Source: Selaginella moellendorffii (lineage: Eukaryota; Plantae; Lycopodiophyta). Taken from it: a DNA stretch of 64,000 nt. The translations under genes were made by a program, and so were the position numbers. Below the pieces are notes generated by a model. The model was not told the DNA's origin. It was given only the letters and a program-made list of their open reading frames with translations, and searched no databases. How positions within the stretch are numbered: the first letter of the stretch is position 1; each line of letters begins with the position of its first letter. This document shows, in pieces, positions 24,058-36,173 of this stretch. Location: NCBI RefSeq assembly GCF_000143415.4, contig NW_003314429.1, positions 141,193-205,192 of the forward strand, given 5' to 3'.

Positions 24058-27000
24058 TCAGGGTTCTCTTGTAGATGGGCCGGGATCTGGAGGAACGTCA
24101 GGAGGAGGCATTGGTGGATCTGTAGACGGTATTAACTGCTCCTGATCCCTTTGTATGAAGCGTTTTAACCGCTGCACATGCACAATCTCCGGAGGATCGG
24201 CCTGCTGAACGTCATGCCGAACCTCATAAACTTGTGGTCCAACTTGCCGCAACACTCGATACGGTCCTTTCCACTGCGCAAGGAGCCCCTTAGATAAACC
24301 ACGTACCGTAAGATGGGGAAAACGGACTAATACCAAATCATCCACTTTGTACTCCGCAGGTGGACGATGATGGGAATTGTAGCGCCGTTGTTGTCCCACT
24401 TGTACGCGGCCTAAGTGTTCAGCAGACTCTGCTCGGACAAGTGGAAGAATGCTTGTCAAATATTGATCCCATGACCTAGCATCAGGAGCTCGTGGCAATC
24501 GCGAAGGTAAACCCAGCTCTGTTGGTAATATTGGATCATGACCATATAGAAGTTTATATGGTGAAGCACCAACAGAACTCTGCACCCCTGTGACATAGGC
24601 ATACCGAAGAGACGGCAAATAACCATCCCAATCCGAATGTTGAAAGTTCACATACTTCGCAATCATCCCTTTGAATGTCCGAACGAGCCGTTCCACCAGA
24701 CCGTCTGATTGTGGATGATAAGCACTCGTAAAAGTGTGGCGTATCCCCAACCGAGATGTCAAAACATGAAATACCTCAGCCATAAATGCAGGACCATTAT
24801 CCGAAAGAATCCGCTCTGGACAAGAATGCTGGAACACCACTCGATTGAGGAGGAAGTATCCAACAGCAGTTGCAGAGGCACTAGCAAGAGCACCAACTTC
24901 CACCCAATGAGTCAAGTAGTCAAAAGCAATAATAACATACTCATTGCCAGCAGTCGATCGCGGAAAAGGTCCCATAAGATCAAACGCCACCAACTCAAAC
25001 GGACGAGAAACTGCAATTGACTCCAACCGTCCTTCCGCAGCACAAGGGGGAGTATTACGAGCTTGGCACCAAACGCAGCTATGCACATACCGGATAATAT
25101 CACGTCGCATCTCTGGCCAATAGAAAGATCTGCGCAGCTTCTCGGTGACACGACGGTGTCCCATATGCCCACCTAGAATAGGAGAATCATGGTAGGCATG
25201 GAGAAACCGCGGAATAAACACCGAAGGCACCACCAGCCGTAAATGATCAGCAGGATCCGTCCCCACAAAATAAAGAAGGCCATCTTCAAGGCAATATTGA
25301 GAATGTAAATGCCGAAAAGGCAAGTCATCAGCAAGTGATGCAGGATTCTCAAACCCATCTTGAAGCCTTCGAATCCACGGCTCAATCTTTTGAGCCTCGC
25401 GAACCTCATCAAGAGAAGGTAGATCTTGCTCTACGCCCTGTGGACACTGAACGTCAAGGACAGCAACCGCCGACGGCACAGAATCCTCATCTAGAAAATC
25501 CACAGATGCTGGAACAACAGGTTCGTCAAAAACATGAGAAGTGAGTGGAGAAGGAAGAGGAGCTCGAGAAAGGGCATCAGCATCAGCCATAGAACTCCCT
25601 GGGCGATGAACAACATCGAAATCATATATCTGAAGCTTCAAAGCCCATCGAGCCGTACGACCAACCAGGTTCTTCCGCTTCAATAATGAAGTAACAGCAG
25701 CATGGTCACCTTCAAGTAACGTCCGAGAACCATGTAGATATGCATGAAGTTTCTCGAAACCCCAGACTGCTGCTAAACACTCCTTCTCCGTCGTGGAGTA
25801 GTTCATCTCCGCTGGTTGTAATGTACGGCTGATGTATGCAATGGGATGGCGTTGACCAGGCACACTCGAGCTCTCTTGCATCAACACACCTCCAAGACCA
25901 ATGTCAGAAGCATCCACGCGCAAAATAAAAAGGTCGAGTGTAGTTAGGATATGCCAAAATCGGAGGAGTCGTCAATAGCTCTTTGAGATTCACGAACGCC
26001 CGCTCACAATCGGGAGACCAGATGAAAGATGACGTTGATGACTTCAGCAACGCTCGCAATGGTGTAGTGCGATCGGAAAGATGATCCACAAAACGACCGA
26101 GATACTGCACCTTACCCAAAAAGCGCTGCACATCATTCACACACTTTGGAGTAGGGAACTTTAGAACAGCCACAAGTTTGTCAGGATCAACTTGCAAACC
26201 CTCACGAGAAATACGGTACCCAAGATAAGTTGTGTCCTTGGACCCAAACACGCACTTCGACTGCTTCAGCTTTAAACCAACGTCGCGTAGCCGATCCAAC
26301 ACTTTACAAACATCACGAACATGCTCCTCCCACGTCCCCTCCGAGTGGATCAAGACATCATCAATGAAGTTAGCCGTCACCTCCGGCATATCGCAAAGAA
26401 CCTCGTCTATCATCCGCTGAAAAGTTGCTGGAGCATTGTTCAAACCAAACGGCATCACCAAAAACTCGTACAAACCAAATGGTGTACGAAAAGCAGTCTT
26501 AGGAATATCTTCGTCAGCCATCGGTACTTGCCAATACCCAGAAGCAAGATCTAGCTTGGTGAACCAACGACTTTGCCCCAGACGATCCAAGAGATCAGCA
26601 GTGTGAGGAAGAGGGTACACGTCCGGGATCGTCACTTCATTTAACGGACGATAGTCGATGCAGAAACGAATACTCCCATCAGGCTTCGTCACAAGATGAG
26701 GTTCACATGCCCAAGGACTCCGCGACTTCCGAATAACACCCTTCTCCAACATCTCCTTGACGTTTGCACGTAAAATCTTGATCTCCTTGGGTGACCGACG
26801 ACGAACAGGAACCTTGATTGGACGAGCATCCCCAGTTGGAACGGGATGACGTGTGGCAATCTTGGCCCCAGACGATAGGTCAAACTCAAAGAGATCAGAA
26901 TACTCCTTCATGAGCTGGTCAACAGCTGCAACACAAAGATCATCGGAGGGATCGGAAAAGGGAAGAGCAGAACAAGATGGAAACACAAGAGGAAATAGTG

Positions 27001-27547
27001 GGGGAACAAAAGTAATGGAAGCAGAGGTAGAAGTAGAGGGACGAAGAGGTACGGAAGTGAGAGGAATGGATGAAACATAAGGAAGTATGAGACAAGGGGG
27101 AGAAGCCTCAAAGTCACACTTGGCATGATTGTGTTGCAACCAATCCATACCAAGAATGAGGTCAAAAGCTTGACTCGGCACCACCCGCAACGACTGCAAC
27201 TCAAGCTCGAGATCGCCCACACGCACAACCAGGTCTGCCTCATCTCATGCACATGCATGTGTACGGCCGTTGCCATAAAGAATGAAAACTGGATCCGCCG
27301 CACGACGCAAGTGTAGACGACAATGTGTGGCAACAGGTCGAGCAATAGAAGATAAACTCAAACCTGTATCAACCAACATGGAGAGAAGAATAGAAGACCT
27401 CTTGTTATAAAAACGAGCTTGGAAAGTAAACACTGGATGAACCGGTGCCGAGTGAACCCCTTGATGATACTCCCGAAAGAAAGATGGAGGGGTCACTAAC
27501 TTATTCGCGCAAGGTCCCTCCATTACTCGCGCGACTCCTCGTTTCCC
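24058..27547 (-). pseudogene. pol: pol of gypsy copy 1 (PR-RT-RNaseH-integrase), stop at ~27245 and frameshift at ~25927
   Basis: LVDTG and ILGMDWL (protease); RFCIDYRPLN, LDLASGYWQ, MPFGLNNAP, FIDD (RT); DASD..G.VL (RNase H); H..GHMG..CVWC, DLMGP, SDNG, YHPQSDGLVER (integrase); WKGPYRV (GPY/F module). Confidence 0.95.
27484..27547 (-). promoter_or_regulatory. -1 frameshift signal of gypsy copy 1
   Basis: Identical heptamer and stems to copy 2; differences only in the long loop. Confidence 0.85.
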
Positions 27548-28455
27548 GAATGCACCTCGGGATCCAAACCTTCCACCGCAGCAGCACCAACGGGACGTTG
27601 CTGACGCCAAGGTCTCCACCCAGGAAATGGAGGTCGCCAATCCGGAAAGCGCCGACAACGCCGATAAGTATGACCAACTTCATCACACGCCCAGCAACGA
27701 ACGTCACGGCCACGACCACGTCCTCGCCCTTGTCCTTGGACTCGAGTAGCAGCAGCATCAACCTCCATGGGAACAGGACCATCACTCATAGGAAGCGGAG
27801 CTGAAGGACGTGTAGCAAGAAGTGGAAGAGGCGACGTCTCATAACGTTGTGCCAAGTGAAGAGCATCGTCAAGAGTGGCAGGAGCAAGTGCATGCACAAG
27901 TCCGACAAGATCTTGACGAAGTGCTGGCCACAGCATTCCTAGCTTGATCCGCTCTGACATATTTGGCTCCGCACGAAGCAAAAGACTTCGGAAACGAACG
28001 CCAAATTGCATCACCGACTCAGATGGCTCTTGGCGAAGACGATGCAATTGTTGGAAGGCATCATCACAATCGTCGGCGTGTCCGAAGGCGCGTTTGAAGA
28101 CGTCCGGAAGAACACTCCAATCACCACGAGTAGCTGCGCTCAATCCATTGTACCACTGCAATGCCGTCCCTTGGAGACATGTGGGGAACTCACGCAAACG
28201 TCGAGTATCATCCCAAGAATGATATGTGGCAATCACCGTGAAGTGATCGAATCAATGGTACACATCATCCCCAGGATTCCCACGAAAGAACTCCGGCCGA
28301 ACGCGAGGATTGGCACCAAAAGCAGGAGGAGTTGTACCATGTGCCGTGAACGCCGCCATCAACTGAGTTTGGTTGTTCAATTACAAGCGCATAGCATCAA
28401 GCAATTGAACCAACTACTGCTCTAGAGTCAAAGGAGGAGATTGCGGATCGGCCAT
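27523..28455 (-). pseudogene. gag: gag of gypsy copy 1 (premature TAA near 28382)
   Basis: Colinear with intact gag 55668-56597. Retrotransposon-gag helix region (LQGTALQWY, LRQ..ESV..F) and CCHC knuckle CWACDEVGHTYRRC. Confidence 0.9.
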
Positions 28456-29049
28456 GAAAATGAATGAAAAAGAAAGAGCAAAAGAAGAGAAATGACAAAA
28501 AGCTGGAAAGAAATGGTAGATCTAGACAATGCAAAAAGCTAGATCTAAACCAAAATCCTAAAAGGAAAAAACAAAAGAAAGGAAATGGAAAAAGCTAGAT
28601 CTAGACAATGCAAAAGCTAGATCTAAACCGAAATCCCAAATCCAAGCACTCCCAGGGACAATCAAAGGTGCCCCTCACCTCCACCAATGTGAGTGCATGG
28701 AATATGGAAAGGGAATACAAAAATGTGCATATCAATTAGCCCAAAAACCCTAGCTTATATACAGAAGCGAGTGGTCCGGATTGAAACCAATCCGACGGCT
28801 ACCAAAATCCACTACGCTAATATTAGTATATGGCATCGTAGCTATACACTTGGCCCTCACAAATGGGAATAAACTAGATTTTCCTATTCCATTTAAATTT
28901 CTAAAATTCTCTAATGTGGTTAAAGTATAAATGTTGATGACTTCATTCAAAACGTTTTAACTATGCGTGTTTATAGGACTAGGGTTACAGAGCGATGGAG
29001 AAAGGTATGGGATTAGCGGGCCTAGCTCTTGCACATTCCCTCCCATGTC

Positions 29050-31430
29050 ATGGCTGTGGTGCCGGCGGCTCGCAATTCGCCGTTTTTCTCGAGAGAAAGC
29101 CACCGGGCGAGAGGCTATGGCGCTTCGAGCACCAGCGACGAAGGAATGCACGGAAGGACTTTCACAAAAACAAGCAGCAGTGGCTCAGAGGATCAAAAAA
29201 TTCTCAGCTGGAACAAGATCAAACAAGAGGAGGACAAGAGGAAAAAGGAGATGGTGCTGGAGCTCATTGCTGCATTGAAGGCGGCGAGCGGCTCAAGAGC
29301 GATCGAGAGGGGAAGGCAGCTCCATGCCGCAGCGGTTGAGAGTGGCAACGGTTCCAACTTCTACGTTGCGAGCTCTCTCGTGAGCATGTACGCGAGATGT
29401 GGCTGCATGGGCGAGGCTCGCTCGGTGTTTGATGCCAACCACGATGTGGTTCTCTGGACAGCGCTCATGCTCGGCTACTCCAAGAACGGCCAGGGAGAAG
29501 TGACTTTGGAGCTCTTCTCGCGGATGCTGCTCGTCGCAGGCCGAATTCTCAGACGTTTCTGGCTGTGCTCAAGGGCCTTTCGCGCTTGGCTGCCAGGGAG
29601 GAAGGCAGGAGATTCGGTGGAAAGGTGGTGAAGACAAGGACTCTGGAAAGAGTCATGGCTGTCCACTTGCAAGCCGAGGGATTTGGATACGAGCTGGATA
29701 ACTTTGTGGCGAGCTCGCTGGTGGACATTTATGCCAGGTGTGGGAGCATGAGGGATGCTCGCAGAGTTTTCGATCGAATGCCGAGCCACAACTTGGTGGT
29801 CTGGACGGCATTGATCCTGGGCTATGCTACGAACGGGGAGAATGAGGTTGGCCTCAGGCTCTTCGCTCGGATGCTTGGCGAAGAAGAAGGACGCAGGACA
29901 GATTCGCAGGCTTTTGTTGCTGCGCTCAAAGCTTGCACGGGGCTGACGGACAGAGAGGTGGCAAACGACTCAGGTGTAAAGATCCAGTGCTTGGAGAAAG
30001 GCATGGCTGTGCATCGTGAAGCTGCCAAGAGTGGAGTTGCAACGGAGATGTTCGTGGGAAGTGTCCTGGTGGATACATACGCGAAGTGCGGAAGCATGGA
30101 GGACTCCCGCATCGTGTTTGAGAAGATGGTGGCTCAGGACGTGGTCTCGTGGACCGCTCTCCTGTCACAGAATGGCGAGAGCGAGCTGACCCTTCGGATG
30201 TTTGAGAGAATGAAAGCCTCGGGATGTGCACCGAATGCTCAGACGTTCGTGGCAGTTCTTCACGCGTGCACGAACTTGGCTCTGCGAGAGGACAGCATTG
30301 AAGAGGACGGCAAAGTTCTCAAGGTGAAAGCTCTGGAGAAAGGCATGGCTGTTCATCGGGAAGCGTTCAAGGCCGGGTTTGAGCCGGACATCTGTGTGAG
30401 CAGCACGCTGGTGGATATGTACTCCAAGTGCGGCAGCGTCCTCCAGGCTCGCCGGGTGTTTGACAGGATGAAGCGCCACGATGTGGTGTCATGGACAGCG
30501 CTCATACTCGGCTGTGCTCAAAACGACGAGGGAGATATGGCACTGGAGCTCTTCACAAAGATGAGGCTTGAAGAGAAACGTTGCCAGCCCGACGATCAGA
30601 CGTTCGTTGCCGTGCTGAAGGCCTGCTCCACAGTTGCATCGCTCGAGTTTGGAAAGAAGATCCATGCAGATATATGCCGGTGTGGACTCGAGGCTGGCAG
30701 GCTTGTCACGAACTCGGTGGTGGATTTCTACGGCAAGTGCGGGAGCATGGTCGTGGCTCACCAGGTTTTCGATTCCGCTAGAACAAGAGCCCGGGATATA
30801 ATCTCGTGGAACTCGCTCATCACAGGCTACAGCCGCCACGGTGAAACCGACGCCGTCCTCGAGCTCTTTGCAAGGATGGTGGAAGAAGGCTTCCAACCGG
30901 ATGGCATCACCACACTGGCGGTCTTGAACGCGTGCTGCCATGCCGGGCTGGTTGAAAGAGGGAGGAAGCTCTTCCAGGAGATGTGCTCCCGGAAGGCTGC
31001 AAGCGTGACTATGGAGCACTACCACGTCATGGTGGACATGCTAGGCCGGGCAAACAAACTCCAGGAGGCGGTGGAGATGGCGGACTCGATGCCTTTCGCA
31101 GCGAATGTGGTGACTTGGACCATCGTGCTGAGCTCGTGTCACAAGTGGAAGAGCTTGGAATTTGGAAGGCTGGCGTTTGAGGCACTGGTGAAGCTGGATG
31201 AGAAGCAGGCTGCTACTTACGTTCTCATGGCCAACATCTATGGAAGCTTGGGCATGGTTGAGGAGAAAGCTAGAGTTCATGCGATGAGCAGGAAGATTGG
31301 CGCGTGGAAGAAGCCCGGATCAAAGCTATCCAGTGGTCAAATCAGTCTCGATTCGTTTGTCAATTGTGGTGATCATCCTCAAAAGGAAGATTCCCAAGAA
31401 AAACTTATGACTGACAGACTTGTAAATTAA
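29050..31430 (+). pseudogene. PLS-E PPR gene, copy B, frameshifted
   Basis: ATG 29050 with an Arg/Ser-rich presequence-like N-terminus. A 1-bp deletion at ~29538 (GTCGCAGG vs GTCGCAAGG in A) splits the ORF; small in-frame indels also present. Confidence 0.9.
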
Positions 31431-31714
31431 AAAGTCCTTGGCAACTGGCCATTTTGTGACACTCACACTCAAGCATCACCTTCAAACCTCTCATGCTTGC
31501 AGTGAAGCTTTGGAAGTAAACGATTGAAATGAGCTGGAACACTTCAACAAATGGAACACTGTCAGTCAAGTTGAGCTCGCGGATGGCATGACCAAATGGC
31601 GTGCATTCATGAATCAGCTAAAGCTGCAAAGGTGACAATGTTGAAGAAGTCATCTGATCATACAAGCCAGCCCTTATTTAAAGACCCTCTTAACTCCAGG
31701 AAAGGAACAGTGAA

Positions 31715-31978
31715 ATGGCTTCCTCTACTCAGCTTGTTCTTGCGTTCTTTGTCCTGGCAGCATGCCTTACGCACACTGCATCCGCAGAAACAGAAGTATG
31801 TAACAAGGGTACCACACTCTGTTGCAACGACATTGACGCTTCTGAAGGAATTCCTGTAGAGATTGACGCAGACATTCTCAAGTGCTTTAATGTTGTCGCT
31901 GTGAATCAGTGCTCCAACACTGTAGTCTGTTGCGAGGAGCAGAAAGCCGGGATCTTTGTTGGGTGTGTTGCTATATAG
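31715..31978 (+). CDS. Hydrophobin-like secreted 8-Cys protein H1-B (87 aa)
   Basis: Signal peptide (..HTASA/ET), then C-x6-CC-x19-C-x8-C-x5-CC-x10-C-x3-stop, within class I hydrophobin spacing. Intronless. Confidence 0.88.
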   Translation: MASSTQLVLAFFVLAACLTHTASAETEVCNKGTTLCCNDIDASEGIPVEIDADILKCFNVVAVNQCSNTVVCCEEQKAGIFVGCVAI

Positions 31979-32071
31979 GCAAAAGCGGCAAGAAACAAAA
32001 GCATAAAATCAATTTCTTTAAATAAATAAAGCTGTTTGTAATCAGGCAGAAAAAACACGATTTATAAACAT

Positions 32072-34966
32072 CTAAATACCCCCGCCGCCGCCGCCGCCGC
32101 CGGCCCCCCCGCCACCGCCACCACAACCACCGCCTCCACCACCTCCTCCTCCGCCACACCCACCACCTCCTCCTCCGCCACACCCACCACCACCGCCTCC
32201 GCCACCTCCTCCACAACCTCCTCCTCCCCCTCCGCCACCTCCTCCACAACCTCCTCCTCCCCCTCCGCCACCTCCTGCTCCACCACATCCCCCACCTCCG
32301 CTGATGCCACACCCGCCTCCGCCACCACCACCTCCACCACCTCCGTCATACCAGCACTGGCCATCACCGCAAAAACAATCATCACCGCAAAAACAATCAT
32401 CACCGCCACCGTCCCCGTCCTCTCCGCCTCCGCCTCCGTCCTTGCGGCGATCAACTGTCACAGCACCTGGTCAAGCAGCAATGTTCTTAGAATTTGCGTG
32501 CAAAGAAACTTGTTTCTCACCCCAATGATCTTCTTCTTCTTCTGAGACGATCACTCGTTTACTCGTCTTCGTCCACGAAGGAATGGCTTTGCCGAGCATA
32601 TCCGACACGGACATGCTTATGGTTGCCGATAAAAGAAGCACAAGCAGCACATCCTCATTGCGATCAATCTGAGACAAATCAAATCACAAAACTGGAAGTA
32701 AGTTTCGATTAAAGTCTACCTGCATGCCACCAGATCGCCAGTTGAAAAGAGCTGTCGCCTTGCCTTGAGGAGCGTCTCTTGTGAATCTTACCATTGTCAC
32801 AAACCACGCTTCCTGTCGCTCGGATGCACCAGGAACAGCAAATTCCAGGTGACGCCCCGAGAAGAGCATGATCTACAATCAAGTTTTCCAGAGAATCAGC
32901 CACTATATCAGAGAATCTGTACCACTATATATGCAGACTAACTCACCGGACAGTCGTGGGATTTCATTTCAACGCGGAGCTGTGGTTTCATGTTCCAGTG
33001 CTTATCCTTGACATCTCTGCTAACAGTTAAAGTAGCCTTCCCGTTCATTAGAGACCATCTCCTAGACACTGAAGATGGTTTCTCTAGTTGCCACGCAGAT
33101 CCTAGAATTTCACCTGAGAAAACAAAGCAACACTATAAATCTTTTGCAAAACATGTCCAGAAGATGCTCATACCATTTACGGAGCCAGTGTTGTAAGAAC
33201 CGTCGTATGTCCACCCTCCTTTGTGAACATGGATAACTTTATCGGTGTCGAGAATGCTCCTTAGCAAAAGCCCCCCACCCTTGTATCTAAAGCAAAAGTT
33301 GCCACATTAGTTCTAGAAAAAGTGGCTCAATTTGCAAACCTGCAACGGTGTGGTCGAAAACATTCCTTGTTATCCACATGCCTTCTCTGTGACTGTGGAG
33401 GCTGTGAGTGGCACAGTCGTCTCCCGTGTCTCTCACTCTCACGCTTCTGAAGAGATAAGGCGCAGTGACTGGAGGAGTAACGGAGATGTAAACCAGCACC
33501 GACACTTCTCGGTCCTTCTTTGTCTCCAGCAATGGAAACCAGCCGCTGAGTGATTGCGTTTCCGAGCGGATGACAGTTTTCCATGGAATCAGGAGCAGGC
33601 CCACGGTTTTGGATATCAAAAAGCGCTTCTGTCGAACTGCGAGCACCAGCCCTTCGGTGGAGAGTTCAGCTGTTATGGTTGAGACTACGCTCAGATGAGA
33701 GGAAGCCTTCCCTCGTTGGCTCTCGAGATTCAGATACTTTTGATGGTTTAACGAGCTTATCACGTAGTAGATGGTCCTATCGTCTGGCAAACCTCTGGTA
33801 CCTCTTACGGAGAGATGAACCTGCATAAATCGAATAGAATCGGATCAGACGAGATTGACAATAAGACTGCGAACTCCAATACCTGAATGGTCTTTCGCTC
33901 AGCCAAGTCATAATCGTTTTTACTAGCGAGCCTGGCGAGCTTGGCTGGATCATAAGCACGTGTTCCGGGAATGGATGCTGGTGGCTCCCCTCTATACATG
34001 CACCCTGCTTTCTCGTATGGAAGGCCATACGTGTCTTCCCACATAGATCGAGTCTTTGTGAATCCATTGTCCAGTTTTCCTCCGGAATCTCGGTTGCTAT
34101 CTGTGTCGTCATGCTCGAAGATCCTTCCCAGTACCTGTGTGAGATCGTTGTGGTAGCTCACAGGGTGAAGCTGATGTGTATGCCATATTAAATCGATGTC
34201 GTAAGTGGGAACGAAAAATGTTGATGTGCCAGACGTGCGTACGAGATGGAGAAACGCCTTGTAACGTGCAACAGCAGCTACCAAGAAGCTCTCGTCCAGG
34301 TAATGCGGCTCAGAAACCTGCGTACTCAAAGTTAATTTGCTTCCAAGGAAAGATCATCACTTGCCTGATAGTAGAAACTTTTCTGCCTGAGAGCTGCTTC
34401 TGCCAAGTCATAAAAGATATTGGTTGGTCTTTCGGTATATCGCGTAAATGTCAAGAGTGTATGGTTCGTCTGGAAAATTCGAAGCCCATGTACTGGCGCT
34501 TTGTTGGAGATCATTTGTGTGCCTCGCCAAAGAAGGTCCGTCCACAATTTTACCGAACAATCTCTTACAGTCGTCAGCATATTGAACCTAGTCAGACACG
34601 TAACTTTAGTAGATTGAAGTGGACAGATAATGAATAGCCACACTCACAGGATTCAAGCGATGGCAATGCCATATCCAGCCGCAGTCGAGTGGCGGGACAA
34701 AAGTCCCAGAAGAATTTGCTAGCAGCGGAAGGCAGCAGTACTGGTACCTAGAATCCAAGAAGAAATCAGCAAACTAGATCAAACAAGTAAATATCTCACC
34801 TCTCAATTGCCCTTTCCAGAACAGGCCTCTCAAACAGCTTGAAATTGGCATGTACCAGCGAAAGGAACTCCAACTGTGATTTTGCAGCTGCTACCACATC
34901 CAGAGAGAGCGTAATTTCTTGAGCCTTGAGCCAATCATTCACTTGATTCACGGAAAGCGAAGCCAT
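32072..34966 (-). pseudogene. GRDP: GRDP (DUF1399) gene, copy B, two exonic frameshifts
   Basis: Relative to A: a 17-bp deletion at ~34443 and a 22-bp deletion at ~33348, both in coding exons. Confidence 0.85.
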
Positions 34967-35335
34967 TGTTGTAGTCTGTGAGTCGAGCACATTGCTTGGT
35001 CTGCTTAAATAAGCGGGAAGAAGCTGCCTGCTTTGACTCTTCGAAGGATGCGTAGAGAGTTCGGAAATTCGATGTGTCTTAGAGCTTTTGGATGTTCAGG
35101 CTAGTTGACGGCGACGGCCAATGATCTCGCAATCCGGCTCGTAGAGAGTTTCAAGGTCAGTGTGTATCATTGACTGGCGTGGCAGGATCGTCGAACTTGC
35201 TTTTTTCGTCAAGTCGTCTTTACCAAGACTTTTTTTGTTACTGTGTCAAAGGACGTGCGTTCACGTTAGCCTGAAACAAAACATAAAAAAAAAAATAAAA
35301 AAAAAAAACCAGCAGGAGAAGTTTCGACTGTACTT

Positions 35336-36173
35336 TCAAGGGAAATCCACGTCCTTTTGGGCCAAGAGAAGCTCAAAACGAGGAACGAGAAGTTCTCTTC
35401 CATGTCCTTTAACACTCGCTACTTCGTGCCTGGGTTGAAAATAAAAACGGCACAAAATTAGAGAGACTGTCCTCAGCGAAGATCTTTCCTTCCCATGGAG
35501 GATGGATGGATACAACACATCCGACCTGTACATCGGGAGAAAGGCTGTCGAAAATAGCGGTGACAGCTTCGAAGGTCTCCAAAACCTCGCACTTTGTGGA
35601 TGTGAGATGTGCCTCAGGCGACGATTTCTCGAGCACTCGTACAGTGAGAGAACCATCTAAAGCAAGGAACCATGATCATGTCGAAGAGAACAAAACAGGG
35701 AAAGACATACCAGCTGGTTTCATGTCTGAGCTCAAGTGATTGTGGCGCCCTCCCAGTTGTGCCAAGAGTGCTTCAAACCTTTACGAATCAAAGAAACGTC
35801 AGATGTTAAGGACGGCATGGAAGAGCCACTGACTTAAACTTTGACGAGGTTTCTGCCGGAAGATCACCGCCGTCGCTGCTAAACTCTTGAAGCTCTTGCA
35901 CAGAAAGCTTGGTCAAGGATGCATCCTAGAAAAACAATCAATGAGAGGAGAAGAAAGAGAAGGGCCAGGCTATGTCTCGTTACCTCGGACGTGGTATCAC
36001 TATCGATCGGATCAAGGCTAGAATCCACCCTGGAAGAGAATGATCGCTAGAAATGAAGAATAGAATCACTGGAAATGCAGCTACCTCGTGCTTGCCTTGC
36101 GCCCAACATCGTCGTCGTCGTCGGCATCTGAGATTCCATCCTCCAGCTCCAGTGGCCGTCGCGGGCGCTTCAT
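35336..36173 (-). CDS. Unknown multi-exon gene X, copy B (retains ATG)
   Basis: ATG 36173 (MKRPRRPLELEDGISDADDDDD...). Same inferred exon structure as copy A, but the last intron donor reads GG rather than GT. Confidence 0.5.

Larger units (their letters stand above)
23853..28861 (-). mobile_element. Full-length Ty3/gypsy LTR retrotransposon, copy 1 (defective)
   Basis: LTRs 28688-28861 (5') and 23853-24025 (3'), PBS TGGTGGAGGTG, PPT GAGAGGAGGGGATGA, domain order gag-PR-RT-RH-INT. Confidence 0.97.

Noticed and set aside
31715-31978. Calling H1/H2 nsLTP, HyPRP, defensin, thionin or GASA peptides
   Set aside because: They have two CC doublets at positions 2-3 and 6-7 and no CxC, which matches none of these plant patterns.
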